A DNA stretch of 64,000 nucleotides. Origin: Takakia lepidozioides (taxonomy: Eukaryota > Plantae > Bryophyta). Positions 12,962 through 25,922 of the stretch are shown here, one piece after another (position 1 is the stretch's first letter; every line of letters starts with the position of its first letter). The stretch covers positions 43,772,001-43,836,000 of the forward strand of contig CM060731.1 of the NCBI GenBank assembly GCA_030704615.1, given 5' to 3'. The translations under genes were made by a program, and so were the position numbers. A model generated the notes under the pieces. That model saw only the letters and a program-made list of their open reading frames with translations, made no database searches and was not told the DNA's origin.

Positions 12962-13726
12962 ACACATACGAGCCATGCCCGCTTCCCATGCTGGTTTCCA
13001 GGTTGCCGTGTGAAGACTTTTCATTTTATGACAAACATATACATTTCGTTCACGGAACCAGGGCAAATGCACTTGCGATTCATTGTAAGCGTCTCTCTGT
13101 GAATTGAAATAAACTGTGTCAATCATTCTGAGCTCAAATCTGCCATATTTACATATTCCTCTTTTTTGGCACGCATTGCAGACATGGTGCATGGTGGCCT
13201 CCTTTGTTTTGTCCACGGTAATAGGCCCTCTTCCTGCAATCCTCGCCTATAGGACCTGCTTCTCCAGCAGATTCATGCCGCTCACGCTTCCCTGAAGCGT
13301 GAGCTCAGCTCACGCTTCAAAGCTTCAACGTGAGCTCAGCTCCCAGGCTCACGGGGCTGGGCTCACGCCGTAGCTACGCTGGGGTTCTCGTATCCTCATG
13401 CAGGAACAAAACCAACATCGGGTTTTCCTCTTCAGATTCAAGCTCTATATCGAGAGCTTCTGCGTATTTTAAGTTTGTTATTACTCCAAGACTTTTGTAA
13501 TGAAAAGACAATTTGTGATCAGGAGGTGTACCGACAGGCACGATGCCCCAATCTGTCACCGAGAACCCCCAGGACGTTTGGTTTCAAAGTGGAGGTGGGT
13601 CGTCTGAACAAGTCGTTGATGAGTGAATGCGTTGCACTGGGTTTTAGATTTCCAGACGAGGGCTCAGTATTTACCGACGTAGGTTTGTCGAGGGCCTGGA
13701 GTATTTTTCTGGATCTTCTGCACGCA

Positions 13727-16700
13727 ATGGGGAACGACATTCGCAAGAAGCGAACACTACAGGAAGCATCAAAGCCGAAGAAGGGAAAACGCAAGTCGTC
13801 AACAACCGGCAATGATGACAATGAGGCCGGGACTTCCGCAGGAAAGAAGAAACAGAAGGAGGATCAGGATCCAGCATTGATGTCAGATAACAAGAGACCT
13901 AAAGCTGGGGAGATTTTGACAAGGAAAAATGCGAGAAGATGGAGGAGAGGCTCACGACGGAATACAATGATGTATTTCCATTCGGATTCGAGAGTACCTT
14001 CCTTGTGAAGGTTTCCATGATGGAACTAATTCCAAGGAGCATGGTTTACAGGCCGTTAAATATCAAGCATAAGGACGAGTGAAAGCGCGACTCTTCCAAC
14101 TTCATTTGTTCGACTCCAAACATCTGGTGTATCTTGCGCCAATCAACCCTTCCAATCCAGAGAAGATTGCTTCATCGCGACCGAAGCAATGGAAGGAGAT
14201 GGACGTATCAAGGTTCTTCGTAATTGGTGGACAACACACCATTGTGGCAGCAAAGGTAATGGACTTCATTTCCTCCCAGACCTCTCTTTTAACGAACCTC
14301 CACTGGGCAGTGGAGGTTGGTGTTGAACTACAAAATTGGATATGTCCCCATACTTTCAACTCTCTTACCCATTTTATATTAACTGTAGCAGGAACTTCTC
14401 GAGGATCTTGCCGACAGCAAACTGAAGGAGTACTACCAGGAGTGGCCTGCGAAGATTGTATGGTCTACCGATGAACAAAGGCTCCTGAAGTTGTCAAAGC
14501 TCCTCAACGATCCCAATAAGCCGCAAAACTTTGATACAACAACGCCAGAGAAAGTTGAGCATGCCCGAATGTTATTCAACCTGAGGGGGAAGCCAAAAAA
14601 ATACAACGATCACACCACCAAGTCCGAGACGAAACAATGGAAGGTATGCATTTATGGAATCAAAATCTACTACTCACATTTATTTATTGCTAAAGAATAC
14701 TTCTGTTGTCGGAGTGACAACTAATTTATCCCTGGATAAATGTGCAGGAGTTCATGTTTGCCTGTCATTTGATACTTGAAATTAAGGAGGCAATGGTTCT
14801 GGTACTTTGCGATGACGACGTTTGGAAGATCTGGGAAGATGTTTTCAAAAACTGGGAGCAGGGAAAGCTACTCGACCCGCTTGGGATACAGTACAAGGGT
14901 GAACAACAAGAGCTCACGAAATCTGCTATCGCAAAGCTGCAAGGGTTGAATAGATGGCAGCTGATAAAAGTTGCGCAGAAAATCCTGGACCTGAAATTGA
15001 CCATTCGAGATTTCAAAGGTCAAGACAAATCAATTCAAGGCACGAACAAGTACATAGACGACATGAAAATGCGCCGGTTTATTGTCGACGATGTGATGGA
15101 AGTGTTGGGGTGGCCTCGTAGGAGCAAACAGTGCACGGAACCGTACACTAAGGACGAGTGGCGTGAATTGAAGAGAAAGTACCACTTCAATAAGGCAGAG
15201 TTCTCAACATTTAAAGACAAACTGGGGACGGATTACATCCAAAGCAAGATCAAGATGAACATGGAGACAAAACCACTCAAGGCCGCTTTTGTTAAGTACG
15301 TCTCCTCCATCAAAAAAGCTTATGAGGATAGAGAGGATGCCATGGGGATTATTTCAACGAGTTTCAAGACTCATTACGCTATCATGGGTGGAGAAACAAA
15401 ATTCGCCGATGCCAAGTCCCGTCTGCGACTCGCACCGAAGAAACGGTTTGACAATATAGCGATGGTGTTTGTCAATACAGTTTCTGAAGACGACTCTGTC
15501 GTATTTGAGTCCAAGGATTATGTGAACATACTGGAGGCCTTTGTGGCTCAGAAAATGAACACGAGTGCTTTTGTTTTCTTCTCGACGCAACCGTTCTCGG
15601 CCAATGTGGTCTCCTACATCCAAAATGGTCCCGGAAGAACATCGTATCTTGTCCGTCAGGGATTTTATGTTCCGGGAGAGTATGAAAATATTTACAAAAA
15701 CAGCACGAAGACTTTCTCTCGGACTGTACTGTGCCTGGACTATGTTTTTCCAGCGACACCTGAGGAGATGCAGAATCCGGACGAGCACATCTCCACCGTA
15801 CTCTTAATCGAGCCAGTACAGCCGATTCTGGAATGGCCTTCTGAGAAGCCATCAGCTTTTGAAGAAGAGTGCAGGACTTATAATCATGAGCTACGAGCTG
15901 ACACATACGACTATTTGGCCTCTCTGTTTTGTCGAGACGGGATGTCCGCTGTCAACATCTTCGGAGGTGTGATGTTGACGTACGCCCTTCATGTAAGTGT
16001 AAAACTTTTTTGCATTTTATATACGAATTTTACATTTTTGATCCAACACGTCCTCTGTTTTACTAACCAGGCAAGAAACATTCGAGTGCTTTTGCAAAGG
16101 AAAAGTTGAAGCGAATTTTAACAAGCTTCAAATTGAGAATGACAATGTTGCTGAAGAGGTTGATGGCAGAGACGATGATGAGGATGAGGAGAAGGAAGAT
16201 GAAGACTTGGAAGAAGGAGGCGGATATTCCGAACACGGAGAGGAGGACGAGGGCATCGATGGTAATGGGGACAACGAGGGCCACGATGGTGACAATGTAG
16301 ACCGTTGGGAGGCTGGACACCTAGATATGATTCAGGACTTTAGAACTCAGTCACAGTTTGGCATTGAGAACATCACCCAAGACGTTGTGGTCCACAAGGT
16401 CATGATTCTGGATGAGGATTCATCGAGTTCAAGTGAGAGAACTAAGATTAATCCTGCTTCACCATCAAGGGGTGCGGAGGCGAGCTCAATCAAGGTGGGT
16501 CAATATTGTTGGGAGTGCAGAAGACTAGTTCAAACCTGTAGAAGGGGACGAGCCGGCGCCAATGTCCCCGTCTCCCGCCAAAGAGAGGGTAGAGAGAGCG
16601 AGGACAAAGAGCCCTTGTCCCACAAAAGACAGCGGACACAGAGGGAGGACTAAGAGCCCGTCCCCCGCAAAAATGGACAGTGGTGACAGAGGCAGGACTA

Positions 16701-17450
16701 AAAGCCCGTCTTCCCAGAAAAAACAGCGGAGGCAGAGGCCGAACTCAGAGCCCAACTCACTCTCAAAGTGTCTCCCAGCATGTCAATTTCGATGTAGGTA
16801 ACGAATGACACCTGGAGATTTATGGTGTCTTTAAGCATTATAAAGGGAACAAATTGTGTGTATTGCATCTGGTTGTGTTTTTACCAATACCTGATCTGTA
16901 TCTTGATATTTCTCACCTTCTTGAACTTTGCATGTGACTGACGGTAAGAAATCTCGTATAGATCCATGAACGGAAATTGGAGGAAATCACACAAACCCGG
17001 ACAAAATCCATCGCAACTCAAACAGTGAGGAGGCAGTTGGACTTAACAATAAGGGCCAGCCCAACTGATCCGGTCATACAAACAACCTCCACTGCCAAGT
17101 CGACGTTGCGAGATGGAGGAGACGTGTCGGAGATGGTCGTTGCTCATCGCGAAGGAAAAGAGAGTGAGTAGCAACAGTAGCAAATTCGAAATCCCTCCTT
17201 GAAACGGGTATACACCTCATAACCATCTTAGCTATGTTCTTCTTTTTCCTTCTTCTAGTTTTCAAAATAAATTAATTATTCTGTTATTCCACAGGATGAT
17301 ATGATTCACCCTCCAATCGACTATCACAAATCTGTGAACCCACAGGATTGGTATCACCTCTCTGAGGGACCGAAAGGATGTCGATCAGGATACTACGTCC
17401 TGGTTCTTGACGTCGGTTACCTTGGTGAGGTTTACCTCCAAGATGGCCCG
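13727..17450 (+). pseudogene. Multi-exon ParB/Srx-like domain gene with a degenerate C-terminal methyltransferase-like region and acidic/SP-rich tail
   Basis: YRPLNIKH...FFVIGGQHTIVAAK resembles the ParB/DGQHR-type motif (14223-14237). Introns at 14256-14391, ~14644-14747 and ~15993-16070. ELRADTYDYLASLFCRDGMSAVNIFGG resembles MTase motifs X-I. Frameshifts near 13915 and 14079. The 3' boundary is approximate. Confidence 0.55.
16560..16715 (+). repeat. Degenerate ~42-45-bp coding tandem repeat (RTKSPSP), about 4 units
   Basis: Three copies of AGGAC(A/T)AA(G/A)AGCCC, plus the upstream MSPSP unit. Confidence 0.7.
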
Positions 17451-19879
17451 AGATCCCCTCCCGCAACCCATCCTTGTGACTGGGCGCTTGGACTCGAGGT
17501 CTCTTTTACCAACCTCTTCACTCGTCAAAACCGGACTTAACCTTATCTAGGGAATGTAGTCGATAGATGGGCCTGGCAGAGAAGACGGAATCTTACTAAG
17601 AGGATACCACAGACTCAGACCTCCAAAACACTTTAATCCAACCACTCAAGCACACCGTTACACCCAACGTACGCTCGCGTAAGACCTAAAAAGCCACCAC
17701 CCTCACTGCCACGGCGGTGAGGTTTAAATAGTATTAGGTCATAACCTAATCCTAGTGCCGTGTGGCACTTACATATAGGTCCACCAGATGCCCTTCCAGC
17801 ACAGCCATATAAAGAAGCCAAATCACCCAGTCCCATCCTAATCTGATCCTAAACTAGCTGTTAGAATAACACAGCCCCTAATAAAGCTATCAGCTAATGC
17901 CCTATAGGTTGACAAAAACCACCAAATCGCAAAAAGACCACGAAGTAAGAGAGGGCCACGAGTCGTACCAACAGAGCTGCGTCGATCAGCCAGACTGCGT
18001 GCACTACAACTTCAACGTTGAAATTTTCCTAACTTATATAGTGTGGATTGGATTTGCCAATAGGCCAACCTGTATTTTCTTTATATCTTGGTATAATTGA
18101 TTGCATTTGGATTGGATTTTAAATTTTCCAAAACATTGGATGTAATTCAACAGTATTCAGGTTGTGCTGCATGAAAAAAACACTAGCTAAAATCGTGACC
18201 AGTGATAGGGTATTACGATCGCTAGCACATAGAAAAAAAACATTGATAACGTAGAAACATTGGTTGAACAGTCAGTTAACCCGAAAGAACTAAAGAACAA
18301 GATGTCTGCAGCAACAGGAACAGGAGGCCAGCCTCCAGGGCAAAATATCGCTACTAACATACCCCCAGGTGGAGGAGGAGCGCATATCGGCACCTCTACT
18401 GATGGGGCCACCAGTAGCAACGCGCTAAAAAATCCACCGGCGGTGCCAGCCCCTAATCCTGGAGGAGCACCCATACCCCCTCAAGATCCGAAATGGCTAC
18501 TGCGTTCTGGCAGGAATGTGGACACCTTTGCGACACCAAATGGTGGTTTGAACCCACAACCACTTCTGAGGTGGTATGTGCCCATTACCTGCAAGTTGCA
18601 ACTTTGTAGTCGAAACCAATTACATTTTATCCCCCTCTCAAGTTCTTCCCATATCAATGGCATAATTGTTCACAATTGCCTTGTGTCAAGAATCACATGT
18701 CAAGAATCATCCAATTGACATGCAATGGAACAAGTCGTCTCTGTCTTCCCTGTTCCCTTTGTCCCCTCATTGTTCCCAGTCCCGATCAAGTGCACAGTGT
18801 CTCGCCCTAGTGGTTCGGGGTTCAAACCCGCTGCCCTACCTGGTGTGTGGATTGTTCGTGACCAGTTGGTCTGGTTCCCACTTGTGTGCCTAATGGCCCA
18901 TAAATGAAAGGGGGTTAATTTTTACCCCTCCTCAAGGACCTCAATTGTGAGCAGTCGCTCCCAGGTTTCCTTTTTGATTTTTTTTTTTTTTTTTTTGATC
19001 CTCAATTTCCCAGAACTAGCAACTGATCCAGAATGAACATAGCATGACGTCAACATATCATTGGTATGCCGATAACCAGACACCTCTAATAACCGGGCAG
19101 CTCACCGGACACCAACCGAGCAGGTCCGCTTCGCAGTCCTCTCTTCATGCACTTCTTGAAAATTTTGTACTCTGGAACCGTCCGGGCACTGGCGTTTCCG
19201 GTCAGTAAGGAATCGAGCTGAACGATCTAACTCTATAATATGTTGTCATACACTAGTTTTTCATTGTTGTTTACTATAGGGTTGTAAGTTGAGTGAGTTA
19301 ATGAATGTTATGCAGGTACACTGAAAGACTGTCCAAGAATTGGAAGATGAGTGTTCGAAGGTGCCAGCCTGAAAAAATGAGACGTCCAGTTACGGTATAC
19401 ATCAAAGATGTGGTTCATGCGTTCAGAGTATTCTTTGAGCACAGACCGAAATGGAAGGAAGACGAACCCCACCCTCATCCTCTCTTTCTAAGGACGATTG
19501 AAGGAAATCCACGTGAACCGGGTGTGGTGAGTCAATTTCATTTGATTTATCACATTCAAGTCGTTGAATAAAAAGATAAGTTTATGTTTCAAATCTTAAA
19601 TATAATCTCCTCATAGGTGTTCCATTCATTTTCCAGGGAACGAAGACACTGGCTGCTACAAAAGATAAGGAGAACCAGGCACCTCTTCACTTGCCAGTGA
19701 TTACTATGTCCGATCGAGCTTGTAACGAAGTCTCAAATGCAGCAGCTTTTGTGCCCTCTGCAAGTGATGGGTCCTCAATCTCATGTCAGTTGGTACCACC
19801 TACTCCTATGCCCCAAAATTCTAATACGAAAGCGTGCCAACCATTATTGAGCTCGAGCATTTCTAATGTGAACACACGC

Positions 19880-19954
19880 GAGGAGGAAGTCTTCATGAAA
19901 CAACCGGAGGGATTTCAAGAGCTTGGGAATGAAACTAAGGTGCGATGCCTCAGA
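19880..19954 (+). mobile_element. Ty1/Copia reverse transcriptase fragment
   Basis: EEEVFMKQPEGFQELGNETKVRCLR matches the copia RT signature EEVYMxQPxGF...VCxL. Confidence 0.7.
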
Positions 19955-22900
19955 CACAATTACCCCATTACCCTCGTGTATTCCAACGGCAAGACCAGAG
20001 ATTGATGTGTATCCCGATAGCTTTTGGAATATAGTTCAGAGTTACATAATCTGGTAGACGAAGTTTCTATGAGGCATCAGTCATCTGTTGGATCGATCAA
20101 CAATTTGACCACAACGTTTGGCAATTTCGCGAATTGTATCATACATCTGAACTTGGGGTGGGGATCCAGCCGTGGCAGCAGAGCTTGCTAAACATCTAGC
20201 AAAGTAAGGACTATCTGCATATGTAGCATCAATTTTCCAATATGAGATTGTTTTAATAATCAATTTCTCATCATGTTGAAAATAAAAAACGTTTGTCAAG
20301 AACGTGTTGGCTCTAAGTCTGCCACGTTCCGAGCCCTCATTGGTTTAAGAAATGTAGGTGCGTATTCCATATACAGAATATGCATGTGCGAATTCCACCA
20401 GTGAGACAGCTGGCTCCAATATTCTGCTTTTTAATCAATGAAGCACTAGGTAATCTTAACGGCGTCGTTGCGTCGGTGGAGCGAAGGAGTGAGGGAGTGG
20501 TATTTTGTTACGGGGATGGAATTCGAGGTCGAGAAGCTTGAAGATGCTAGCGCGCTTTTTGGTAGCAGCTTGGAGGTGGTAGAGCGGGTTTACGTAGCTT
20601 GCTTTCTGGTAGCGACTTGTGAGGCGTTTTTGTTGGAGACGAAGACTAGAGGCGACTGTACGGTGTCTGTTTTACGATCGGAGGGAACCTCAAGGCCTCT
20701 GTTGTTGTTCCGGACTCAGACAACAAAGAGGAACAAAAGCTAAGTATCGAGGAAGAATGACCTCATTGTCTGGCTGCCCCTTTCTGAACGGGCCAGGTGA
20801 ACTGCCTTGTAATCGTTAGGTGTTTTAAGATGAAACAACTTACCAGAGTTTAAAACTTTGAAGTAATTGAAGAACTGGCCTATGCATTCTCTTGGCGGCC
20901 CTTATTCTGCTCTCTTCATTATCTTTCGAACGTGAATTTGTTCTGCAACTCATTCTATGTGCAGGTTGCTATGCTCATGCAGGAGAAATTGTACCGGGCT
21001 TTTTGAACAGTACTACAGCTGAGGAAACATCGATTACTGGGACGAGAGTCCTCCGCCCTGACAGTGAGTGACATCAGTATTTTATCAGTTGGTGTTCTGT
21101 CGATGGTTGCTTAATGCTTGAATGCTAAGTGCTATCAGCATTTATTGCATGAATGATGCTAGTGTTATCAGCATTTATTAGCATTTATTGCATGAAGAAG
21201 CTGAAGACAAGCTCAAAGCAAAGGAAGAGCTCAAGAGAGTGAAAAACGAAAAAAAAGATGAAAAATTGCAAATGCAACCTCACAGGAGAAAAGAAAAAGA
21301 ACTGAGAAAGAAAAAAAATACAACAGTAGCTCTACAACCAAAAAAGAGGCTACATTTGTTGCACCCTTGGTCCAACAACCTTAGATGTTGCTTTTAGCCT
21401 TTAGCCTTCCGTTCTTTGCATACTTGAACATGAGTGATGAACCTAATTCAGTGTTTCAGTGAATCTACTTAAATCAGTGGATTTGATATTAGGATATTTG
21501 TTTCATTTGGTGTTTTCCATGTTTCAGAAGAAAATATTAGTGACTAGTTGGGTCTGATGAGCCTGTCCGGTGTCTGGTGAAGGGAAATAACTTTTTTAGG
21601 AATAGTTGCAAACCCATGTGAACTAAAATTAAGAAAGGATGCAACTTTTTGCATAAAACTTGAATTTTCTTTTTGAACTACTGAGCTAACTTCATTAGTG
21701 ATTTGAATGTCCAAAAATAATACAAAAAAGCAAATACCCACATATTAATTATGTCTTGCAAAGTCTTAAATGTCTGGTCATTGGAGTAGCTACGATAACA
21801 ACCACCACAAACCTCATGCTCCACTATGCCCAAGCGATGGATAGGATTGACAAGTTCCCCTTGCCCATACGGTACCACAGCCTCCACACGCACCATCAAA
21901 TCCTGTAAAAAAACACATAAATGAGGCTGACAAACTTGAAACATAGAAAGACAATCTTCAGACAAGCCAAACATGGCAAACCACCTTTTAGCACCCTCAT
22001 CGCCTCCATGAATCATGAAAAAAGGAAAATACCTAATTGACATGATTTTGAAATTTTTCATGATTTTGTATTGGAAATTAGGGTTAAATTTTTTAAAAAG
22101 CGAAAATTTGGGGTCAAATTTCAAGCAGTAAGATCTTACTCAATAAAACTCCAAAATTCATGGGATTTTTAGCATATGATTCTAGTGAAGATTTGCATTC
22201 GCCTTACAGAAGATTTTTTTAAATCATGTACACGTATAAAAAGTTGATTTTTATGTAGAAATTATTACCAGTAAAATAATAGGACTTAATATATTTTGAA
22301 AATTTTGAAACTGAAACTGTGTACTCCAAATTTTAATCATAAATTCAAATTTATCAATTAGTTATGGTGATTTTTGAGATGTGCAGAAACTTATGCTGAC
22401 CACTGTATCGAGCTTCTTGATGCCTTACTACTTTGAATATTGATGTCTAACAATTTAGAGCAGCCCAGGGCGTGTGCAGTTCAAGCAGGCTGAATCAAAA
22501 TACACTGTGATTTATGCTTTAATTCTTGGACAACACTTGGAACACTTTCTAATGCATCAATGACATACTATTCTACTGCCCTCTTAATAGGGGACACCTA
22601 AGTTCACCCAAGCTGTTGATCTCCACACTAGTTTTGATATTTAGTTTAGTCTTCTTCTTTGTACGGTTGTTGTAGTTTACGCCACACAGATTTTGACATG
22701 GGGTGCATTAATGCATTAAACGGGTTTTAAGTATGAAGTATGTTACTGCAAATTATATGTTGTAATATATGTCTGTCTGTTTTTGTAAAGCAAGAACCAC
22801 CTCAGACTCAGCCTTCAAGATCATGGTGGAAATGGGGATCAGAGCATTCAGCTTCTGTACCCAAGGCAGACGTGGTCAGCAGCTGATCATGACTTATGGT

Positions 22901-23212
22901 CCTTGTGGGGATTTGGGGCAAACTTTCCTCAATAGTCTTATGGACTTGGTCGTACTGATGAGGAAGCCAAAATCGGTCTGGCCTCCTGGATGTAGAGCTG
23001 GTGCAACCACGACAAAACTGGAAACGTTAAACATGACTCATATTCTTCATAGCATAGGTAATCGATAGGCACCTTCATATACAAAAGCCGCACACAAAGT
23101 CGTCTTCCTTAGTCTTCAATGTGCAGGTTCAAAGGAATCATTCATTGCCTCTCTGGTACATCAAACTAGGTCCAATGGAGCCTGCCCACAGCTCTCAAAT
23201 CTACAGGAGGGT

Positions 23213-23282
23213 GGATTGCAAAGGTTTCATGGCGGATAGTGCTCAGGCGAATTTCAATGCTGTTCGAATTGTCTTCGGATCG
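23213..23282 (+). mobile_element. Small fragment of the same MULE transposase family
   Basis: GFMADSAQANFNAVRIVFGS versus GFMADSAQANFNVVRRVFGS at ~11055-11115. Confidence 0.85.
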
Positions 23283-24414
23283 CCAATGCACCTGTTAGGT
23301 GCCTTGAACAAAGATCGAGACCTGTCGACCAGTTTGGCGAAGCAAGTGACTGCTAGAAGACCGCCGAACTGACAGTTGCAGGTCGAATGGAGCAGGCTCG
23401 CGTTCACGAACAGATCCACGATTAGGGATTTAAAAAAGTGGACTTGGAGATGGCAAGAGTGGAGAAGATGAGGATGATGTTGTACTGGCGGCTAGAGCAG
23501 ATCTGCTCTCGACAGGAAATCAGACTGAGCATGGCATGGCGTGGTGGTTGGGTGGACCGGATGCTCTAACCGGTGCTGTGCTTACAGAGTTGTAAGTCGA
23601 TGTTAGAGTAGACATCACAGGCCTTTGTTCGTCTGCAGCAGCAGGGGCTATGATCTCTCTTTTGTACAGAGCGATGGTGTAAATACTATGACTAAGGTCT
23701 CACAAGTGCTGATTTGAAAAGGGGCAGTTTAGAGTTGATTCTAGTCACTGTTTGTGAATACACTTATGTGAAGAACAAGGCTGAACTATCTTTGGACTGG
23801 AGTGATCTCTGTTACGATCTGAACCAAAGAATTGTGACTGGAATAAGAGAGGATGGTTACCAGGGATCCATACTGGGTTTGGATTGAATTGAGGCCCTAT
23901 GATTATGAAGAGACAAGTGCCTTGGAAATGTTGTTGATTTTCCTGTTGGATGAAATCAAGCAAGCAATTTTCTTTGGAGTTTTGGTAAATACCCTGTGAA
24001 CAGAAAAACAAGTAGAGTGCCTGAAATTGGTCATAGTTGGACAGAGGAAAGAGTGTCAGACCCCTTTCAGCACCCTCCTGTAGATGAGCGTCAATGCAAA
24101 ACTTTAGGATTGCCGTGTTTTAATATCTTTCTATGATTGGAGCCTCTAATGTAGATTGTGATTGCCAGGCAACTCTTGTGCCAACACAGTATACCGGTAT
24201 ACTTGAATCAGTACGACACAAAGCCTTTATAATTACAGGTATTAAAATTGTCATCTGACGGTTCCCAGGTCGGAAACCTTGAAACTTACTGCTGTGATGA
24301 TTTCCAGGACGATATAACTGAAGGGAACATCAGCTGCTTACTATCCAATCCCTTACGACCACCAACCAGGAACTTACGAGAAGCCTCCATCAGGAATACA
24401 ACCTAGTAGCTGAG

Positions 24415-25922
24415 CTAAAAGTGTTCACCCTCCACATTAAATGGAGGAATGAGGAACTTCATTCCCATCTTACACGAGAATTGGTTGTCACCAATGAAGT
24501 AATAAGTCGAACTGTAGTGATCGAGTTTGTAACTGATTGGAAAAGTGTTGCCAGGCGCTGACCAGTAGGCACTTGCAACAGCGCAATCGTCGTATGCTTC
24601 TTGACTTGAAACCAAACTGACACCAGTGAAGACAGGGATCGCTGGGACCGCATGGAAAACTGGCAAGATGAAAGAATTGATGTGAGGTAGGAAAATGAGA
24701 GTGTAAAGACAGGTACGTGCTTGTACGTTTCCTCTATGAGTCCATACAATGGGACTTACAGCTGGACTAACCCTCTACTAACCTAGACAATGAGTCAAGC
24801 AATTACAAGCCAAAACATACGAGTGCAACTGCTATAACCACTACATAGAGACAATTTTACAGTATTAGTGTGAAAACCATTGTAAGCAGATAGACATCAA
24901 CCACCCTATCTTCTACATCCTACTAGCGCTCAATTACTTTGAGTACTTTTAAGGATACCTTCCAAAATATAAGATCATGAACACTCGATGATTAATTACA
25001 TTGCTTTACTCAAAGTCAGATGCCATACATACAGAGATTGTCAAATCGCACTATATTTGCAGCCGCAACCCATTGTTGATAGAAATGCATTGATGGCGGC
25101 GGAGGCTCGCTCCAACCGATAGCGCCGCCCACCGTCAGGGTTCTCCCCCGGGGATCAGGAATAGGAATGGGGACAGCTGAGACAAATGGAGGAACAAAGA
25201 ACTTCATTCCGATCTGACACATTAACTTATCATCAGCAATGAAGTAATAGGTCGAACTATACTCAAAGAGTACGTAATTGGTTGGGAGCGCTTTGGCAGG
25301 CGCTGTCCAAATGACATCCGTAATATCACATGTGTCGTAGGCCTGTTGATTACTGGCCAGACTGACACCAGTATAGACCGGGGTCCTTGGTTCACCCATG
25401 AAAACTGCATGCATAGACCAGAGTGAGATTGTATTCCTAAGAGAGTCCAGAGATCACAGAGATGTGAGTTCAGTTTTCTCCATGAGTCTATATTATCTGC
25501 GATAACCACTGTATGGATTGACATTTTCCCTGGATAATATTCCTGCGGAAGCCTGCAGTGTACAACATCAGCCCCTCGATCTTATCCTATATATATTCAT
25601 AATGATCCACATATATTAAGCACACCTTCCAAGCCATATCATGAGTGTGCTTCAGAGATTGTATCTAGAAAGAAATATAGATTTATGCCATACATAGATT
25701 GTTAAATCGCCTGATCTTAGAGGCGGTAGCCCATTGTTGAAAGGAAATCTGGGATGAAGGCATGCTCCAACCATACTCGCCTCCCACTGTAAGGTTTCTG
25801 TAGCCAGGAACAGGAACCGCAAGCATGTTTCTAGTTGCTGCTGCAGGGCACAGCAGCATCAAGCAGGCCACCAACTGCACCACTGCAGCCACAACTGTGA
25901 CCTTGACCACTGTCACGGCCAT
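24415..25922 (-). CDS. Secreted two-domain phytocyanin (early nodulin-like, lacking Cu ligands); exons 25922-25694, 25404-25033 and 24659-24415
   Basis: Signal peptide, then two TVGG..GW....QQW...FD/NNLFF...YDxC...TYYFI....C..GMK domains. Phase-1 GT-AG introns sit at the same position in each domain. Confidence 0.88.

Larger units (their letters stand above)
6209..13374 (+). mobile_element. Mutator-like (MULE) DNA transposon of ~7.2 kb with short imperfect TIRs, carrying a transposase and a methyltransferase-like gene
   Basis: Left end GCTATTCCGTGAGCC (6209-6223) and right end GGCTCACGCCGTAGC (13360-13374) form a 12/15 inverted match. Clustered (C)GTGAGC/GCTCACG subterminal repeats at both ends and CCTATTTCCG repeats at 6285-6335. 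Homologous ends recur at 32667 and 34326. No TSD identified. Confidence 0.75.
547..17107. repeat. Dispersed 24-bp palindrome AACCTCCACTG-NN-CAGTGGAGGTT (9 copies in this span)
   Basis: Copies at 547-570, 1968-1991, 2239-2262, 2371-2387 (partial), 5019-5042, 5222-5245, 5972-5995, 14295-14318 and 17084-17107 (3 mismatches). None seen inside 6209-13374. Confidence 0.92.

Noticed and set aside
17450-18720. Possible LTR plus gag start (Gly/Pro-rich ORF 18260-18718)
   Set aside because: No second LTR, clear PBS or gag motif, so it cannot be supported.
20081-22124. ORFs 20081-20299 and 21678-22124 as genes
   Set aside because: Fragmentary and interrupted, with no recognisable family.
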